Shown here piece by piece: positions 35,805-55,139 of a stretch of 64,000 nucleotides of DNA. A model generated the notes under the pieces. The model searched no databases, was not told where the DNA came from, and saw nothing but the letters and a program-made list of their open reading frames with translations. Numbering within the stretch: position 1 is the first letter of the stretch; each line of letters opens with the position of its first letter. The stretch is taken from NCBI RefSeq assembly GCF_009914755.1, contig NC_060948.1; one strand, written 5' to 3'. Source of the stretch: the human T2T-CHM13v2.0 reference genome, Homo sapiens. Position numbers and translations under genes: made by a program.

Positions 35805-37360
35805 CGTATACATTATGTATATAATAATATACAGTATCATATATATAATATATATAACCTATGTATAATATTGTTTTACATCCTGCATCTTATGTTATAT
35901 ATATTGTATAAAATATAATAATTGATAATATATAAGTTTTATAATTATACAATATGACATATAGTATATATTATAATTCATGACATATATAATATATGTT
36001 ATACATCATATATAGAATATATTATACGGTTAATATACGTATTAAATATAAATTATACATTATATATATTATATATAATATATCTGTTATATATAATACC
36101 CATTATGCATAATATATATATTATGTCTATGTTATATAGAGTATAAAACAACATATAATAATATATAATTGTATATATAAAATGCGACATATAATATATA
36201 TTATATTTTATAACATATGTAATATATATTATATATTATATATAATACGTTGTATGTATAATACCTATATTAAATATATATTATATGACTATGTTATTAA
36301 TTACATGTCACATGTGTTATATATTATATATTTTACATAGAATATACCGGTTACATACAATATATACTATGTTACCTATAATGTATAATTTATTACATGT
36401 AAAATAAAGAATGCAATATATTATGTATAATTCATAATATACCATATGTGGAATGTGATATATATAACATATAATATATGATATATGATGTACAGTATAT
36501 GATATATAACATACAATATATGATTCCTAATATATATGGTATACAATATATATTTTATGATATGTATTCTATATGTTTTATATTCTGTTATATATAACTA
36601 TTTGAAATTATATATAACTGTATAATATTTTATGTAAATATGTAATATAATATATATAACTATATAATATATTATATATAACTATATATTATGTTATATA
36701 TACTTTTATAACATAATTTACATAAAATATCATAATATAATATATATTATATTATTTCATATTACATAATATATATTACATATCACCCAATATAACTAAC
36801 ATACATAATATTATAATATAGATTATATTGTGTTATATTAAATATCATATATATCATGTATCATATATTCTATAATATATATTACACATTATATAATATG
36901 TATGTTGTCTATTATGTGATATATATAACTATATATATAATTATATTTTTATACATATAACTAGATAAACATGTAATTCTACATATTTTCATTTATAATA
37001 TGTAGAATTATATAATCATATATAATTATTTATATTCTATAAAAAATTTTATCATTATATAAATTATAATATATAAAAATTATAATATGTACTACAAATA
37101 TATATATTATATATCATATATGATATAGTACCTTTGTTATATTTCATAATACATATAAATGTGTATTATGTTATCTATAATTATATAATTTCATATATAA
37201 GATGTATAATATGTATCATATATTATATATGTTATGTAATATATATAGTATATATAAGATGACACAGGATAAATATTATATACTATGACATATAAAATAT
37301 ATGAGGTTATATGTTACATATAAGGCATAGCACATAACATGTAATATATATCATATATAA

Positions 37361-37652
37361 TTTTTTTTTAGACAGAATCTTGTCCTGTTGCACAGGGTGG
37401 GGTACAATGGCGCCATCTTTGCTCACTGCAACTTCTGCCTCACGGTTCCAAGCGATTGTCCTCCCTCAGCCTCCCAGGTAGCTGGGACTACACCACACTG
37501 GGACTACACCAGCTGCCACCATGCCTAGCTAATTTTTTGGATTTTTAGTAGTGACAGCGTTTCACTGTATTGGCCAGGATGGTCTTGATCTCTTCACCTT
37601 GTGATCCCCTTGCCTTGGCCTCCAAATTTGCTGGGATTACAGGCCTGAGCCA
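37361..37652 (-). mobile_element. Alu copy 16
   Basis: Same as copy 1. Confidence 0.95.
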
Positions 37653-38224
37653 AGATCCATATTTTTTAAATGAAAAAAAATTTCAAAGGTACTCTGCTTG
37701 GTACAATAATCAAATGTATATACTGAGGAATAAAACATAACCATGAAACCTACTTATAACTGCATATGGAAAATACAGAGGATAATTTTTTAAATAACAT
37801 ATTTTGAAAGCCTTAACTAGTAATTTGAAGAGTTGGCATTTGAAAGGCCAGTATGAATATACCTTCAAAGCAGCAACACAGGTTCCCCATGAGAAAAAGC
37901 AAACACAGGGAAAATAAAAACACAAAGGTTCAATCTCTTCTGACCTTTGAAAGACACAGCACAGACAGTGGTCCTTAGGACGAAGAGCAGGAGACCCCTA
38001 ATTCCGTCACCATGGCGATAGGGCATAAACATTGCTGGGTGAGGGCACAATCCACATTGTGAGGTCCAACTGCTGCCAGGAAGACAGGAGTGCTTTTACA
38101 TAGAGCGAAAGGTCATTGAAGGCTCAGAGTTTTGTTTCAAGAACTGAATCCCAAGCCCACACGTTATTAGGCTGCGCTTCTTAAAACAAGTTATGAGATG
38201 GGAAAAAGGGCACCCCCAAACATA
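37653..38224. repeat. HSATI-type block copy 16
   Basis: Same as copy 1. Confidence 0.8.
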
Positions 38225-39748
38225 CGTATACATTATGTATATAATAATATACAGTATCATATATATAATATATATAACCTATGTATAATATTGTTTTACA
38301 TCCTGCATCTTATATATATTGTATAAAATATAATAATTGATAATATATAAGTTTTATAATTATACAATATGACATATAGTATATATTATAATTTATGACA
38401 TATATAATATATGTTATATATCATATATAGAATATATTATACGGTTAATATACGTATTAAATATAAATTATACATTATATATATTATATATAATATATCT
38501 GTTATATATAATACCCATTATGCATAATATATATATTATGTCTATATTATATATAGTATAAAACAACATATAATAATATATAATTGTATATATAAAATGC
38601 GACATATAATATATATTATATTTTATAACATGTAATATATATTATATATTATATATAATACGTTGTATGTATAATACCTATATTAAATATATATTATATG
38701 ACTATGTTATTAATTACATGTCACATGTGTTATATATTATATATTTTACATAGAATATACCGGTTACATACAATATATACTATGTTACCTATAATGTATA
38801 ATTTATTACATGTAAAATAAAGAATGCAATATATTATGTATAATTTATAATATACAATATGTGGAATGTGATATATATAACATATAATATATGATATATG
38901 ATATACAGTATATGATATATAACATACAATATATGATTCCTAATATATATGGTATACAATATATATTTTATGATATGTATTCTATATGTTTTATATTCTG
39001 TTATATATAACTATTTGAAATTATATATAACTGTATAATATTTTATGTAAATATGTAATATAATATATAACTATATAATATATTATATATAACTATATAT
39101 TATGTTATATATACTTTTATAACATAATTTACATAAAATATCATAATATAATATATATTATATTATTTCATATTACATAATATATACTACATATCACCCA
39201 ATATAACTAACATACATAATATTATAATATAGATTATATTGTGTTATATTAAATATCATATATATCATGTATCATATATTCTATAATATATACTACACAT
39301 TATATAATATGTATGTTGTCTATTATGTGATATATATAACTATATATATAATTATATTTTTATACATATAACTAGATAAACATGTAATTCTACATATTTT
39401 CATTTATAATATGTAGAATTATATAATCATATATAATTATTTATATTCTATAAAAAATTTTATCATTACATAAATTATAATATATAAAAATTATAATATG
39501 TACTACAAATATATATATTATATATCATATATGATATAGTACCTTTGTTATATATCATAATACATATAAATGTGTATTATGTTATCTATAATTATATAAT
39601 TTCATATATAAGATGTATAATATGTATCATATATTATATATGTTATGTAATATATATAGTATATATAAGATGACACAGGATAAATATTATATACTATGAC
39701 ATATAAAATATATGAGGTTATATGTTACATATAAGGCATAGCACATAA

Positions 39749-40063
<315 letters not shown>

Positions 40064-40634
40064 AGATCCATATTTTTTAAATGAAAAAAAATTTCAAAGG
40101 TACTCTGCTTGGTACAATAATCAAATGTATAAACTGAGGAATAAAACATAACCATGAAACCTACTTATAACTGCATATGGAAAATACAGAGGATAATTTT
40201 TTAAATAACATATTTTGAAAGCCTTAACTAGTAATTTGAAGAGTTGGCATTTGAAAGGCCAGTATGAATATACCTTCAAAGCAGCAACACAGGTTCCCCA
40301 TGAGAAAAAGCAAACACAGGGAAAATAAAAACACAAAGGTTCAATCTCTTCTGACCTTTGAAAGACACAGCACAGACAGTGGTCCTTAGGACGAAGAGCA
40401 GGAGACCCCTAATTCCGTCACCATGGCGATAGGGCATAAACATTGCTGGGTGAGGGCACAATCCACATTGTGAGGTCCAACTGCTGCCAGGAAGACAGGA
40501 GTGCTTTTACATAGACCGAAAGGTCATTGAAGGCTCAGAGTTTTGTTTCAAGAACTGAATCCCAAGCCCACACGTTATTAGGCTGCGCTTCTTAAAACAA
40601 GTTATGAGATGGGAAAAAGGCACCCACAAACATA
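40064..40634. repeat. HSATI-type block copy 17 (-1 G)
   Basis: Same as copy 1, with GGG>GG at ~40620. Confidence 0.8.
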
Positions 40635-42167
40635 CGTATACATTATGTATATAATAATATACAGTATCATATATATAATATATATAACCTATGTATAATA
40701 TTGTTTTACATCCTGCATCTTATGTTATATATATTGTATAAAATATAATAATTGATAATATATAAGTTTTATAATTATACAATATGACATATAGTATATA
40801 TTATAATTTATGACATATATAATATATGTTATACATCATATATAGAATATATTATACGGTTAATATACGTATTAAATATAAATTATACATTATATATATT
40901 ATATATAATATATCTGTTATATATAATACCCATTATGCATAATATATATATTATGTCTATGTTATATAGAGTATAAAACAACATATAATAATATATAATT
41001 GTATATATAAAATGCGACATATAATATATATTATATTTTATAACATATGTAATATATATTATATATTATATATAATACGTTGTATGTATAATACCTATAT
41101 TAAATATATATTATATGACTATGTTATTAATTACATGTCACATGTGTTATATATTATATATTTTACATAGAATATACCGGTTACATACAATATATACTAT
41201 GTTACCTATAATGTATAATTTATTACATGTAAAATAAAGAATGCAATATATTATGTATAATTCATAATATACCATATGTGGAATGTGATATATATAACAT
41301 ATAATATATGATATATGATGTACAGTATATGATATATAACATACAATATATGATTCCTAATATATATGGTATACAATATATATTTTATGATATGTATTCT
41401 ATATGTTTTATATTCTGTTATATATAACTATTTGAAATTATATATAACTGTATAATATTTTATGTAAATATGTAATATAATATATATAACTATATAATAT
41501 ATTATATATAACTATATATTATGTTATATATACTTTTATAACATAATTTACATAAAATATCATAATATAATATATATTATATTATTTCATATTACATAAT
41601 ATATATTACATATCACCCAATATAACTAACATACATAATATTATAATATAGATTATATTGTGTTATATTAAATATCATATATATCATGTATCATATATTC
41701 TATAATATATATTACACATTATATAATATGTATGTTGTCTATTATGTGATATATATAACTATATATATAATTATATTTTTATACATATAACTAGATAAAC
41801 ATGTAATTCTACATATTTTCATTTATAATATGTAGAATTATATAATCATATATAATTATTTATATTCTATAAAAAATTTTATCATTATATAAATTATAAT
41901 ATATAAAAATTATAATATGTACTACAAATATATATATTATATATCATATATGATATAGTACCTTTGTTATATTTCATAATACATATAAATGTGTATTATG
42001 TTATCTATAATTATATAATTTCATATATAAGATGTATAATATGTATCATATATTATATATGTTATGTAATATATATAGTATATATAAGATGACACAGGAT
42101 AAATATTATATACTATGACATATAAAATATATGAGGTTATATGTTACATATAAGGCATAGCACATAA

Positions 42168-42482
<315 letters not shown>

Positions 42483-43054
42483 AGATCCATATTTTTTAAA
42501 TGAAAAAAAATTTCAAAGGTACTCTGCTTGGTACAATAATCAAATGTATAAACTGAGGAATAAAACATAACCATGAAACCTACTTATAACTGCATATGGA
42601 AAATACAGAGGATAATTTTTTAAATAACATATTTTGAAAGCCTTAACTAGTAATTTGAAGAGTTGGCATTTGAAAGGCCAGTATGAATATACCTTCAAAG
42701 CAGCAACACAGGTTCCCCATGAGAAAAAGCAAACACAGGGAAAATAAAAACACAAAGGTTCAATCTCTTCTGACCTTTGAAAGACACAGCACAGACAGTG
42801 GTCCTTAGGACGAAGAGCAGGAGACCCCTAATTCCGTCACCATGGCGATAGGGCATAAACATTGCTGGGTGAGGGCACAATCCACATTGTGAGGTCCAAC
42901 TGCTGCCAGGAAGACAGGAGTGCTTTTACATAGACCGAAAGGTCATTGAAGGCTCAGAGTTTTGTTTCAAGAACTGAATCCCAAGCCCACACGTTATTAG
43001 GCTGCGCTTCTTAAAACAAGTTATGAGATGGGAAAAAGGGCACCCACAAACATA
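42483..43054. repeat. HSATI-type block copy 18
   Basis: Same as copy 1. Confidence 0.8.
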
Positions 43055-44582
43055 CGTATACATTATGTATATAATAATATACAGTATCATATATATAATA
43101 TATATAACCTATGTATAATATTGTTTTACATCCTGCATCTTATATATATTGTATAAAATATAATAATTGATAATATATAAGTTTTATAATTATACAATAT
43201 GACATATAGTATATATTATAATTTATGACATATATAATATATGTTATATATCATATATAGAATATATTATACGGTTAATATACGTATTAAATATAAATTA
43301 TACATTATATATATTATATATAATATATCTGTTATATATAATACCCATTATGCATAATATATATATTATGTCTATGTTATATATAGTATAAAATAACATA
43401 TAATAATATATAATTGTATATATAAAATGTGACATATAATATATATTATATTTTATAACATATGTAATATATATTATATATTATATATAATACGTTGTAT
43501 GTATAATACCTATATTAAATATATATTATATGACTATGTTATTAATTACATGTCACATGTGTTATATATTATATATTTTACATAGAATATACCGGTTACA
43601 TACAATATATACTATGTTACCTATAATGTATAATTTATTACATGTAAAATAAAGAATGTAATATATTATGTATAATTTATAATATACAATATGTGGAATG
43701 TGATATATATAACATATAATATATGATATATGATATACAGTATATGATATATAACATACAATATATGATTCCTAATATATATGGTATACAATATATATTT
43801 AATGATATGCATTCTATATGTTTTATATTCTGTTATATATAACTATTTGAAATTATATATAACTGTATAATATTTTATGTAAATATGTAATATAATATAT
43901 ATAACTATATAATATATTATATATAACTATATATTATGTTATATATACTTTTATAACATAATTTACATAAAATATCATAATATAATATATATTATATTAT
44001 TTCATATTACATAATATATATTACATATCACCCAATATAACTAACATACATAATATTATAATATAGATTATATTGTGTTATATTAAATATCATATATATC
44101 ATGTATCATATATTCTATAATATATATTACACATTATATAATATGTATGTTGTCTATTATGTGATATATATAACTATATATATAATTATATTTTTACACA
44201 TGTAACTAGATAAACATGTAATTCTACATATTTTCATTTATAATATGTAGAATTATATAATCATATATAATTATTTATATTCTATAAAAAATTTTATCAT
44301 TATATAAATTATAATATATAAAAATTATAATATGTACTACAAATATATATATTATATATCATATATGATATAGTACCTTTGTTATATTTCATAATACATA
44401 TAAATGTGTATTATGTTATCTATAATTATATAATTTCATATATAAGATGTATAATATGTATCATATATTATATATGTTATGTAATATATATAGTATATAT
44501 AAGATGACACAGGATAAATATTATATACTATGACATATAAAATATATGAGGTTATATGTTACATATAAGGCATAGCACATAA

Positions 44583-44897
<315 letters not shown>

Positions 44898-45469
44898 AGA
44901 TCCATATTTTTTAAATGAAAAAAAATTTCAAAGGTACTCTGCTTGGTACAATAATCAAATGTATAAACTGAGGAATAAAACATAACCATGAAACCTACTT
45001 ATAACTGCATATGGAAAATACAGAGGATAATTTTTTAAATAACATATTTTGAAAGCCTTAACTAGTAATTTGAAGAGCTGGCATTTGAAAGGCCAGTATG
45101 AATATACCTTCAAAGCAACAACACAGGTTCCCCATGAGAAAAAGCAAACACAGGGAAAATAAAAACACAAAGGTTCAATCTCTTCTGACCTTTGAAAGAC
45201 ACAGCACAGACAGTGGTCCTTAGGACGAAGAGCAGGAGACCCCTAATTCCGTCACCATGGCGATAGGGCATAAACATTGCTGGGTGAGGGCACAATCCAC
45301 ATTGTGAGGTCCAACTGCTGCCAGGAAGACAGGAGTGCTTTTACATAGACCGAAAGGTCATTGAAGGCTCAGAGTTTTGTTTCAAGAACTGAATCCCAAG
45401 CCCACACGTTATTAGGCTGCGCTTCTTAAAACAAGTTATGAGATGGGAAAAAGGGCACCCACAAACATA
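44898..45469. repeat. HSATI-type block copy 19
   Basis: Same as copy 1. Confidence 0.8.
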
Positions 45470-47001
45470 CGTATACATTATGTATATAATAATATACAGT
45501 ATCATATATATAATATATATAACCTATGTATAATATTGCTTTACATCCTGCATCTTATGTTATATATATTGTATAAAATATAATAATTGATAATATATAA
45601 GTTTATATTTATACAATATGACATATAGTATATATTATAATTTATGACATATATAATATATGTTATATGTCATATATAGAATATATTATACGGTTAATAT
45701 ACGTATTAAATATAAATTATACATTATATATATTATATATAATATATCTGTTATATATAATACCCATTATGCATAATATATATATTATGTCTATGTTATA
45801 TATAGTATAAAATAACATATAATAATATATAATTGTATATATAAAATGCGACATATAATATATATTATATTTTATAACATATGTAATATATATTATATAT
45901 TATATATAATACGTTGTATGTATAATACCTATATTAAATATATATTATATGACTATGTTATTAATTACATGTCACATGTGTTATATATTATATATTTTAC
46001 ATAGAATATACCGGTTACATACAATATATACTATGTTACCTATAATGTATAATTTATTACATGTAAAATAAAGAATGCAATATATTATGTATAATTTATA
46101 ATATACCATATGTGGAATGTGATATATATAACATATAATATATGATATATGATGTACAGTATATGATATATAACATACAATATATGATTCCTAATATATA
46201 TGGTATACAATATATATTTTATGATATGTATTCTATATGTTTTATATTCTGTTATATATAACTATTTGAAATTATATATAACTGTATAATATTTTATGTA
46301 AATATGTAATATAATATATATAACTATATAATATATTATATATAACTATATATTATGTTATATATACTTTTATAACATAATTTACATAAAATATCATAAT
46401 ATAATATATATTATATTATTTCATATTACATAATATATATTACATATCACCCAATATAACTAACATACATAATATTATAATATAGATTATATTGTGTTAT
46501 ATTAAATATCATATATATCATGTATCATATATTCTATAATATATATTACACATTATATAATATGTATGTTGTCTATTATGTGATATATATAACTATATAT
46601 ATAATTATATTTTTATACATATAACTAGATAAACATGTAATTCTACATATTTTCATTTATAATATGTAGAATTATATAATCATATATAATTATTTATATT
46701 CTATAAAAAATTTTATCATTATATAAATTATAATATATAAAAATTATAATATGTACTACAAATATATATATTATATATCATATATGATATAGTACCTTTG
46801 TTATATTTCATAATACATATAAATGTGTATTATGTTATCTATAATTATATAATTTCATATATAAGATGTATAATATGTATCATATATTATATATGTTATG
46901 TAATATATATAGTATATATAAGATGACACAGGATAAATATTATATACTATGACATATAAAATATATGAGGTTATATGTTACATATAAGGCATAGCACATA
47001 A

Positions 47002-47316
<315 letters not shown>

Positions 47317-47888
47317 AGATCCATATTTTTTAAATGAAAAAAAATTTCAAAGGTACTCTGCTTGGTACAATAATCAAATGTATAAACTGAGGAATAAAAC
47401 ATAACCATGAAACCTACTTATAACTGCATATGGAAAATACAGAGGATAATTTTTTAAATAACATATTTTGAAAGCCTTAACTAGTAATTTGAAGAGTTGG
47501 CATTTGAAAGGCCAGTATGAATATACCTTCAAAGCAGCAACACAGGTTCCCCATGAGAAAAAGCAAACACAGGGAAAATAAAAACACAAAGGTTCAATCT
47601 CTTCTGACCTTTGAAAGACACAGCACAGACAGTGGTCCTTAGGACGAAGAGCAGGAGACCCCTAATTCCGTCACCATGGCGATAGGGCATAAACATTGCT
47701 GGGTGAGGGCACAATCCACATTGTGAGGTCCAACTGCTGCCAGGAAGACAGGAGTGCTTTTACATAGACCGAAAGGTCATTGAAGGCTCAGAGTTTTGTT
47801 TCAAGAACTGAATCCCAAGCCCACACGTTATTAGGCTGCGCTTCTTAAAACAAGTTATGAGATGGGAAAAAGGGCACCCACAAACATA
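47317..47888. repeat. HSATI-type block copy 20
   Basis: Same as copy 1. Confidence 0.8.
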
Positions 47889-49416
47889 CGTATACATTAT
47901 GTATATAATAATATACAGTATCATATATATAATATATATAACCTATGTATAATATTGTTTTACATCCTGCATCTTATATATATTGTATAAAATATAATAA
48001 TTGATAATATATAAGTTTTATAATTATACAATATGACATATAGTATATATTATAATTTATGACATATATAATATATGTTATATATCATATATAGAATATA
48101 TTATACGGTTAATATACGTATTAAATATAAATTATACATTATATATATTATATATAATATATCTGTTATATATAATACCCATTATGCATAATATATATAT
48201 TATGTCTATGTTATATATAGTATAAAATAACATATAATAATATATAATTGTATATATAAAATGTGACATATAATATATATTATATTTTATAACATATGTA
48301 ATATATATTATATATTATATATAATACGTTGTATGTATAATACCTATATTAAATATATATTATATGACTATGTTATTAATTACATGTCACATGTGTTATA
48401 TATTATATATTTTACATAGAATATACCGGTTACATACAATATATACTATGTTACCTATAATGTATAATTTATTACATGTTAAATAAAGAATGCAATATAT
48501 TATGTAAAATTTATAATATACAATATGTGGAATGTGATATATATAACATATAATATATGATATATGATATACAGTATATGATATATAACATACAATATAT
48601 GATTCCTAATATATATGGTATACAATATATATTTTATGATATGTATTCTATATGTTTTATATTCTGTTATATATAACTATTTGAAATTATATATAACTGT
48701 ATAATATTTTATGTAAATATGTAATATAATATATATAACTATATAATATATTATATATAACTATATATTATGTTATATATACTTTTATAACATAATTTAC
48801 ATAAAATATCATAATATAATATATATTATATTATTTCATATTACATAATATATATTACATATCACCCAATATAACTAACATACATAATATTATAATATAG
48901 ATTATATTGTGTTATATTAAATATCATATATATCATGTATCATATATTCTATAATATATATTACACATTATATAATATGTATGTTGTCTATTATGTGATA
49001 TATATAACTATATATATAATTATATTTTTATACATATAACTAGATAAACATGTAATTCTACATATTTTCATTTATAATATGTAGAATTATATAATCATAT
49101 ATAATTATTTATATTCTATAAAAAATTTTATCATTATATAAATTATAATATATAAAAATTATAATATGTACTACAAATATATATATTATATATCATATAT
49201 GCTATAGTACCTTTGTTATATATCATAATACATATAAATGTGTATTATGTTATCTATAATTATATAATTTCATATATAAGTTGTATAATATGTATCATAT
49301 ATTATATATGTTATGTAATATATATAGTATATATAAGATGACACAGGATAAATATTATATACTATGACATATAAAATATATGAGGTTATATTTTACATAT
49401 AAGGCATAGCACATAA

Positions 49417-49731
<315 letters not shown>

Positions 49732-50303
49732 AGATCCATATTTTTTAAATGAAAAAAAATTTCAAAGGTACTCTGCTTGGTACAATAATCAAATGTATAA
49801 ACTGAGGAATAAAACATAACCATGAAACCTACTTATAACTGCATATGGAAAATACAGAGGATAATTTTTTAAATAACATATTTTGAAAGCCTTAACTAGT
49901 AATTTGAAGAGTTGGCATTTGAAAGGCCAGTATGAATATACCTTCAAAGCAGCAACACAGGTTCCCCATGAGAAAAAGCAAACACAGGGAAAATAAAAAC
50001 ACAAAGGTTCAATCTCTTCTGACCTTTGAAAGACACAGCACAGACAGTGGTCCTTAGGACGAAGAGCAGGAGACCCCTAATTCCGTCACCATGGCGATAG
50101 GGCATAAACATTGCTGGGTGAGGGCACAATCCACATTGTGAGGTCCAACTGCTGCCAGGAAGACAGGAGTGCTTTTACATAGACCGAAAGGTCATTGAAG
50201 GCTCAGAGTTTTGTTTCAAGAACTGAATCCCAAGCCCACACGTTATTAGGCTGCGCTTCTTAAAACAAGTTATGAGATGGGAAAAAGGGCACCCACAAAC
50301 ATA
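49732..50303. repeat. HSATI-type block copy 21
   Basis: Same as copy 1. Confidence 0.8.
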
Positions 50304-51834
50304 CGTATACATTATGTATATAATAATATACAGTATCATATATATAATATATATAACCTATGTATAATATTGTTTTACATCCTGCATCTTATGTTATATA
50401 TATTGTATAAAATATAATAATTGATAATATATAAGTTTTATAATTATACAATATGACATATAGTATATATTATAATTTATGACATATATAATATATGTTA
50501 TATATCATATATAGAATATATTATACGGTTAATATACGTATTAAATATAAATTATACATTATATATATTATATATAATATATCTGTTATATATAATACCC
50601 ATTATGCATAATATATATATTATGTCTATGTTATATATAGTATAAAACAACATATAATAATATATAATTGTATATATAAAATGCGACATATAATATATAT
50701 TATATTTTATAACATATGTAATATATATTATATATTATATATAATACGTTGTATGTATAATACCTATATTAAATATATATTATATGACTATGTTATTAAT
50801 TACATGTCACATGTGTTATATATTATATATTTTACATAGAATATACCGGTTACATACAATATATACTATGTTACCTATAATGTATAATTTATTACATGTA
50901 AAATAAAGAATGCAATATATTATGTATAATTTATAATATACAATATGTGGAATGTGATATATATAACATATAATATATGATATATGATATACAGTATATG
51001 ATATATAACATACAATATATGATTCCTAATATATGTGGTATACAATATATATTTTATGATATGTATTCTATATGTTTTATATTCTGTTATATATAACTAT
51101 TTGAAATTATATATAACTGTATAATATTTTATGTAAATATGTAATATAATATATATAACTATATAATATATTATATATAACTATATATTATGTTATATAT
51201 ACTTTTATAACATAATTTACATAAAATATCATAATATAATATATATTATATTATTTCATATTACATAATATATATTACATATCACCCAATATAACTAACA
51301 TACATAATATTATAATATAGATTATATTGTGTTATATTAAATATCATATATATCATGTATCATATATTCTATAATATATATTACACATTATATAATATGT
51401 ATGTTGTCTATTATGTGATATATATAACTATATATAATTATATTTTTATACATATAACTAGATAAACATGTAATTCTACATATTTTCATTTATAATATGT
51501 AGAATTATATAATCATATATAATTATTTATATTCTATAAAAAATTTTATCATTATATAAATTATAATATATAAAAATTATAATATGTACTACAAATATAT
51601 ATATTATATATCATATATGCTATAGTACCTTTGTTATATATCATAATACATATAAATGTGTATTATGTTATCTATAATTATATAATTTCATATATAAGTT
51701 GTATAATATGTATCATATATTATATATGTTATGTAATATATATAGTATATATAAGATGACACAGGATAAATATTATATACTATGACATATAAAATATATG
51801 AGGTTATATGTTACATATAAGGCATAGCACATAA

Positions 51835-52149
<315 letters not shown>

Positions 52150-52721
52150 AGATCCATATTTTTTAAATGAAAAAAAATTTCAAAGGTACTCTGCTTGGTA
52201 CAATAATCAAATGTATAAACTGAGGAATAAAACATAACCATGAAACCTACTTATAACTGCATATGGAAAATACAGAGGATAATTTTTTAAATAACATATT
52301 TTGAAAGCCTTAACTAGTAATTTGAAGAGTTGGCATTTGAAAGGCCAGTATGAATATACCTTCAAAGCAGCAACACAGGTTCCCCATGAGAAAAAGCAAA
52401 CACAGGGAAAATAAAAACACAAAGGTTCAATCTCTTCTGACCTTTGAAAGACACAGCACAGACAGTGGTCCTTAGGACGAAGAGCAGGAGACCCCTAATT
52501 CCGTCACCATGGCGATAGGGCATAAACATTGCTGGGTGAGGGCACAATCCACATTGTGAGGTCCAACTGCTGCCAGGAAGACAGGAGTGCTTTTACATAG
52601 ACCGAAAGGTCATTGAAGGCTCAGAGTTTTGTTTCAAGAACTGAATCCCAAGCCCACACGTTATTAGGCTGCGCTTCTTAAAACAAGTGATGAGATGGGA
52701 AAAAGGGCACCCACAAACATA
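52150..52721. repeat. HSATI-type block copy 22
   Basis: Same as copy 1. Confidence 0.8.
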
Positions 52722-54252
52722 CGTATACATTATGTATATAATAATATACAGTATCATATATATAATATATATAACCTATGTATAATATTGTTTTACATCC
52801 TGCATCTTATGTTATATATATTGTATAAAATATAATAATTTATAATATATAAGTTTTATAATTATACAATATGACATATAGTATATATTATAATTTATGA
52901 CATATATAATATATGTTATATATCATATATAGAATATATTATACGGTTAATATACGTATTAAATATAAATTATACATTATATATATTATATATAATATAT
53001 CTGTTATATATAATACCCATTATGCATAATATATATATTATGTCTATGTTATATATAGTATAAAACAACATATAATAATATATAATTGTATATATAAAAT
53101 GCGACAGATAATATATATTATATTTTATAACATATGTAATATATATTATATATTATATATAATACGTTGTATGTATAATACCTATATTAAATATATATTA
53201 TATGACTATGTTATTAATTACATGTCACATGTGTTATATATTATATATTTTACATAGAATATACCGGTTACATACAATATATACTATGTTACCTATAATG
53301 TATAATTTATTACATGTAAAATAAAGAATGCAATATATTATGTATAATTTATAATATACAATATGTGGAATGTGATATATATAACATATAATATATGATA
53401 TATGATATACAGTATATGATATATAACATACAATATATGATTCCTAATATATGTGGTATACAATATATATTTTATGATATGTATTCTATATGTTTTATAT
53501 TCTGTTATATATAACTATTTGAAATTATATATAACTGTATAATATTTTATGTAAATATGTAATATAATATATATAACTATATAATATATTATATATAACT
53601 ATATATTATGTTATATATACTTTTATAACATAATTTACATAAAATATCATAATATAATATATATTATATTATTTCATATTACATAATATATATTACATAT
53701 CACCCAATATAACTAACATACATAATATTATAATATAGATTATATTGTGTTATATTAAATATCATATATATCATGTATCATATATTCTATAATATATATT
53801 ACACATTATATAATATGTATGTTGTCTATTATGTGATATATATAACTATATATAATTATATTTTTATACATATAACTAGATAAACATGTAATTCTACATA
53901 TTTTCATTTATAATATGTAGAATTATATAATCATATATAATTATTTATATTCTATAAAAAATTTTATCATTATATAAATTATAATATATAAAAATTATAA
54001 TATGTACTACAAATATATATATTATATATCATATATGCTATAGTACCTTTGTTATATATCATAATACATATAAATGTGTATTATGTTATCTATAATTATA
54101 TAATTTCATATATAAGTTGTATAATATGTATCATATATTATATATGTTATGTAATATATATAGTATATATAAGATGACACAGGATAAATATTATATACTA
54201 TGACATATAAAATATATGAGGTTATATGTTACATATAAGGCATAGCACATAA

Positions 54253-54567
<315 letters not shown>

Positions 54568-55139
54568 AGATCCATATTTTTTAAATGAAAAAAAATTTCA
54601 AAGGTACTCTGCTTGGTACAATAATCAAATGTATAAACTGAGGAATAAAACATAACCATGAAACCTACTTATAACTGCATATGGAAAATACAGAGGATAA
54701 TTTTTTAAATAACATATTTTGAAAGCCTTAACTAGTAATTTGAAGAGTTGGCATTTGAAAGGCCAGTATGAATATACCTTCAAAGCAGCAACACAGGTTC
54801 CCCATGAGAAAAAGCAAACACAGGGAAAATAAAAACACAAAGGTTCAATCTCTTCTGACCTTTGAAAGACACAGCACAGACAGTGGTCCTTAGGACGAAG
54901 AGCAGGAGACCCCTAATTCCGTCACCATGGCGATAGGGCATAAACATTGCTGGGTGAGGGCACAATCCACATTGTGAGGTCCAACTGCTGCCAGGAAGAC
55001 AGGAGTGCTTTTACATAGAGCGAAAGGTCATTGAAGGCTCAGAGTTTTGTTTCAAGAACTGAATCCCAAGCCCACACGTTATTAGGCTGCGCTTCTTAAA
55101 ACAAGTTATGAGATGGGAAAAAGGGCACCCACAAACATA
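54568..55139. repeat. HSATI-type block copy 23
   Basis: Same as copy 1. Confidence 0.8.
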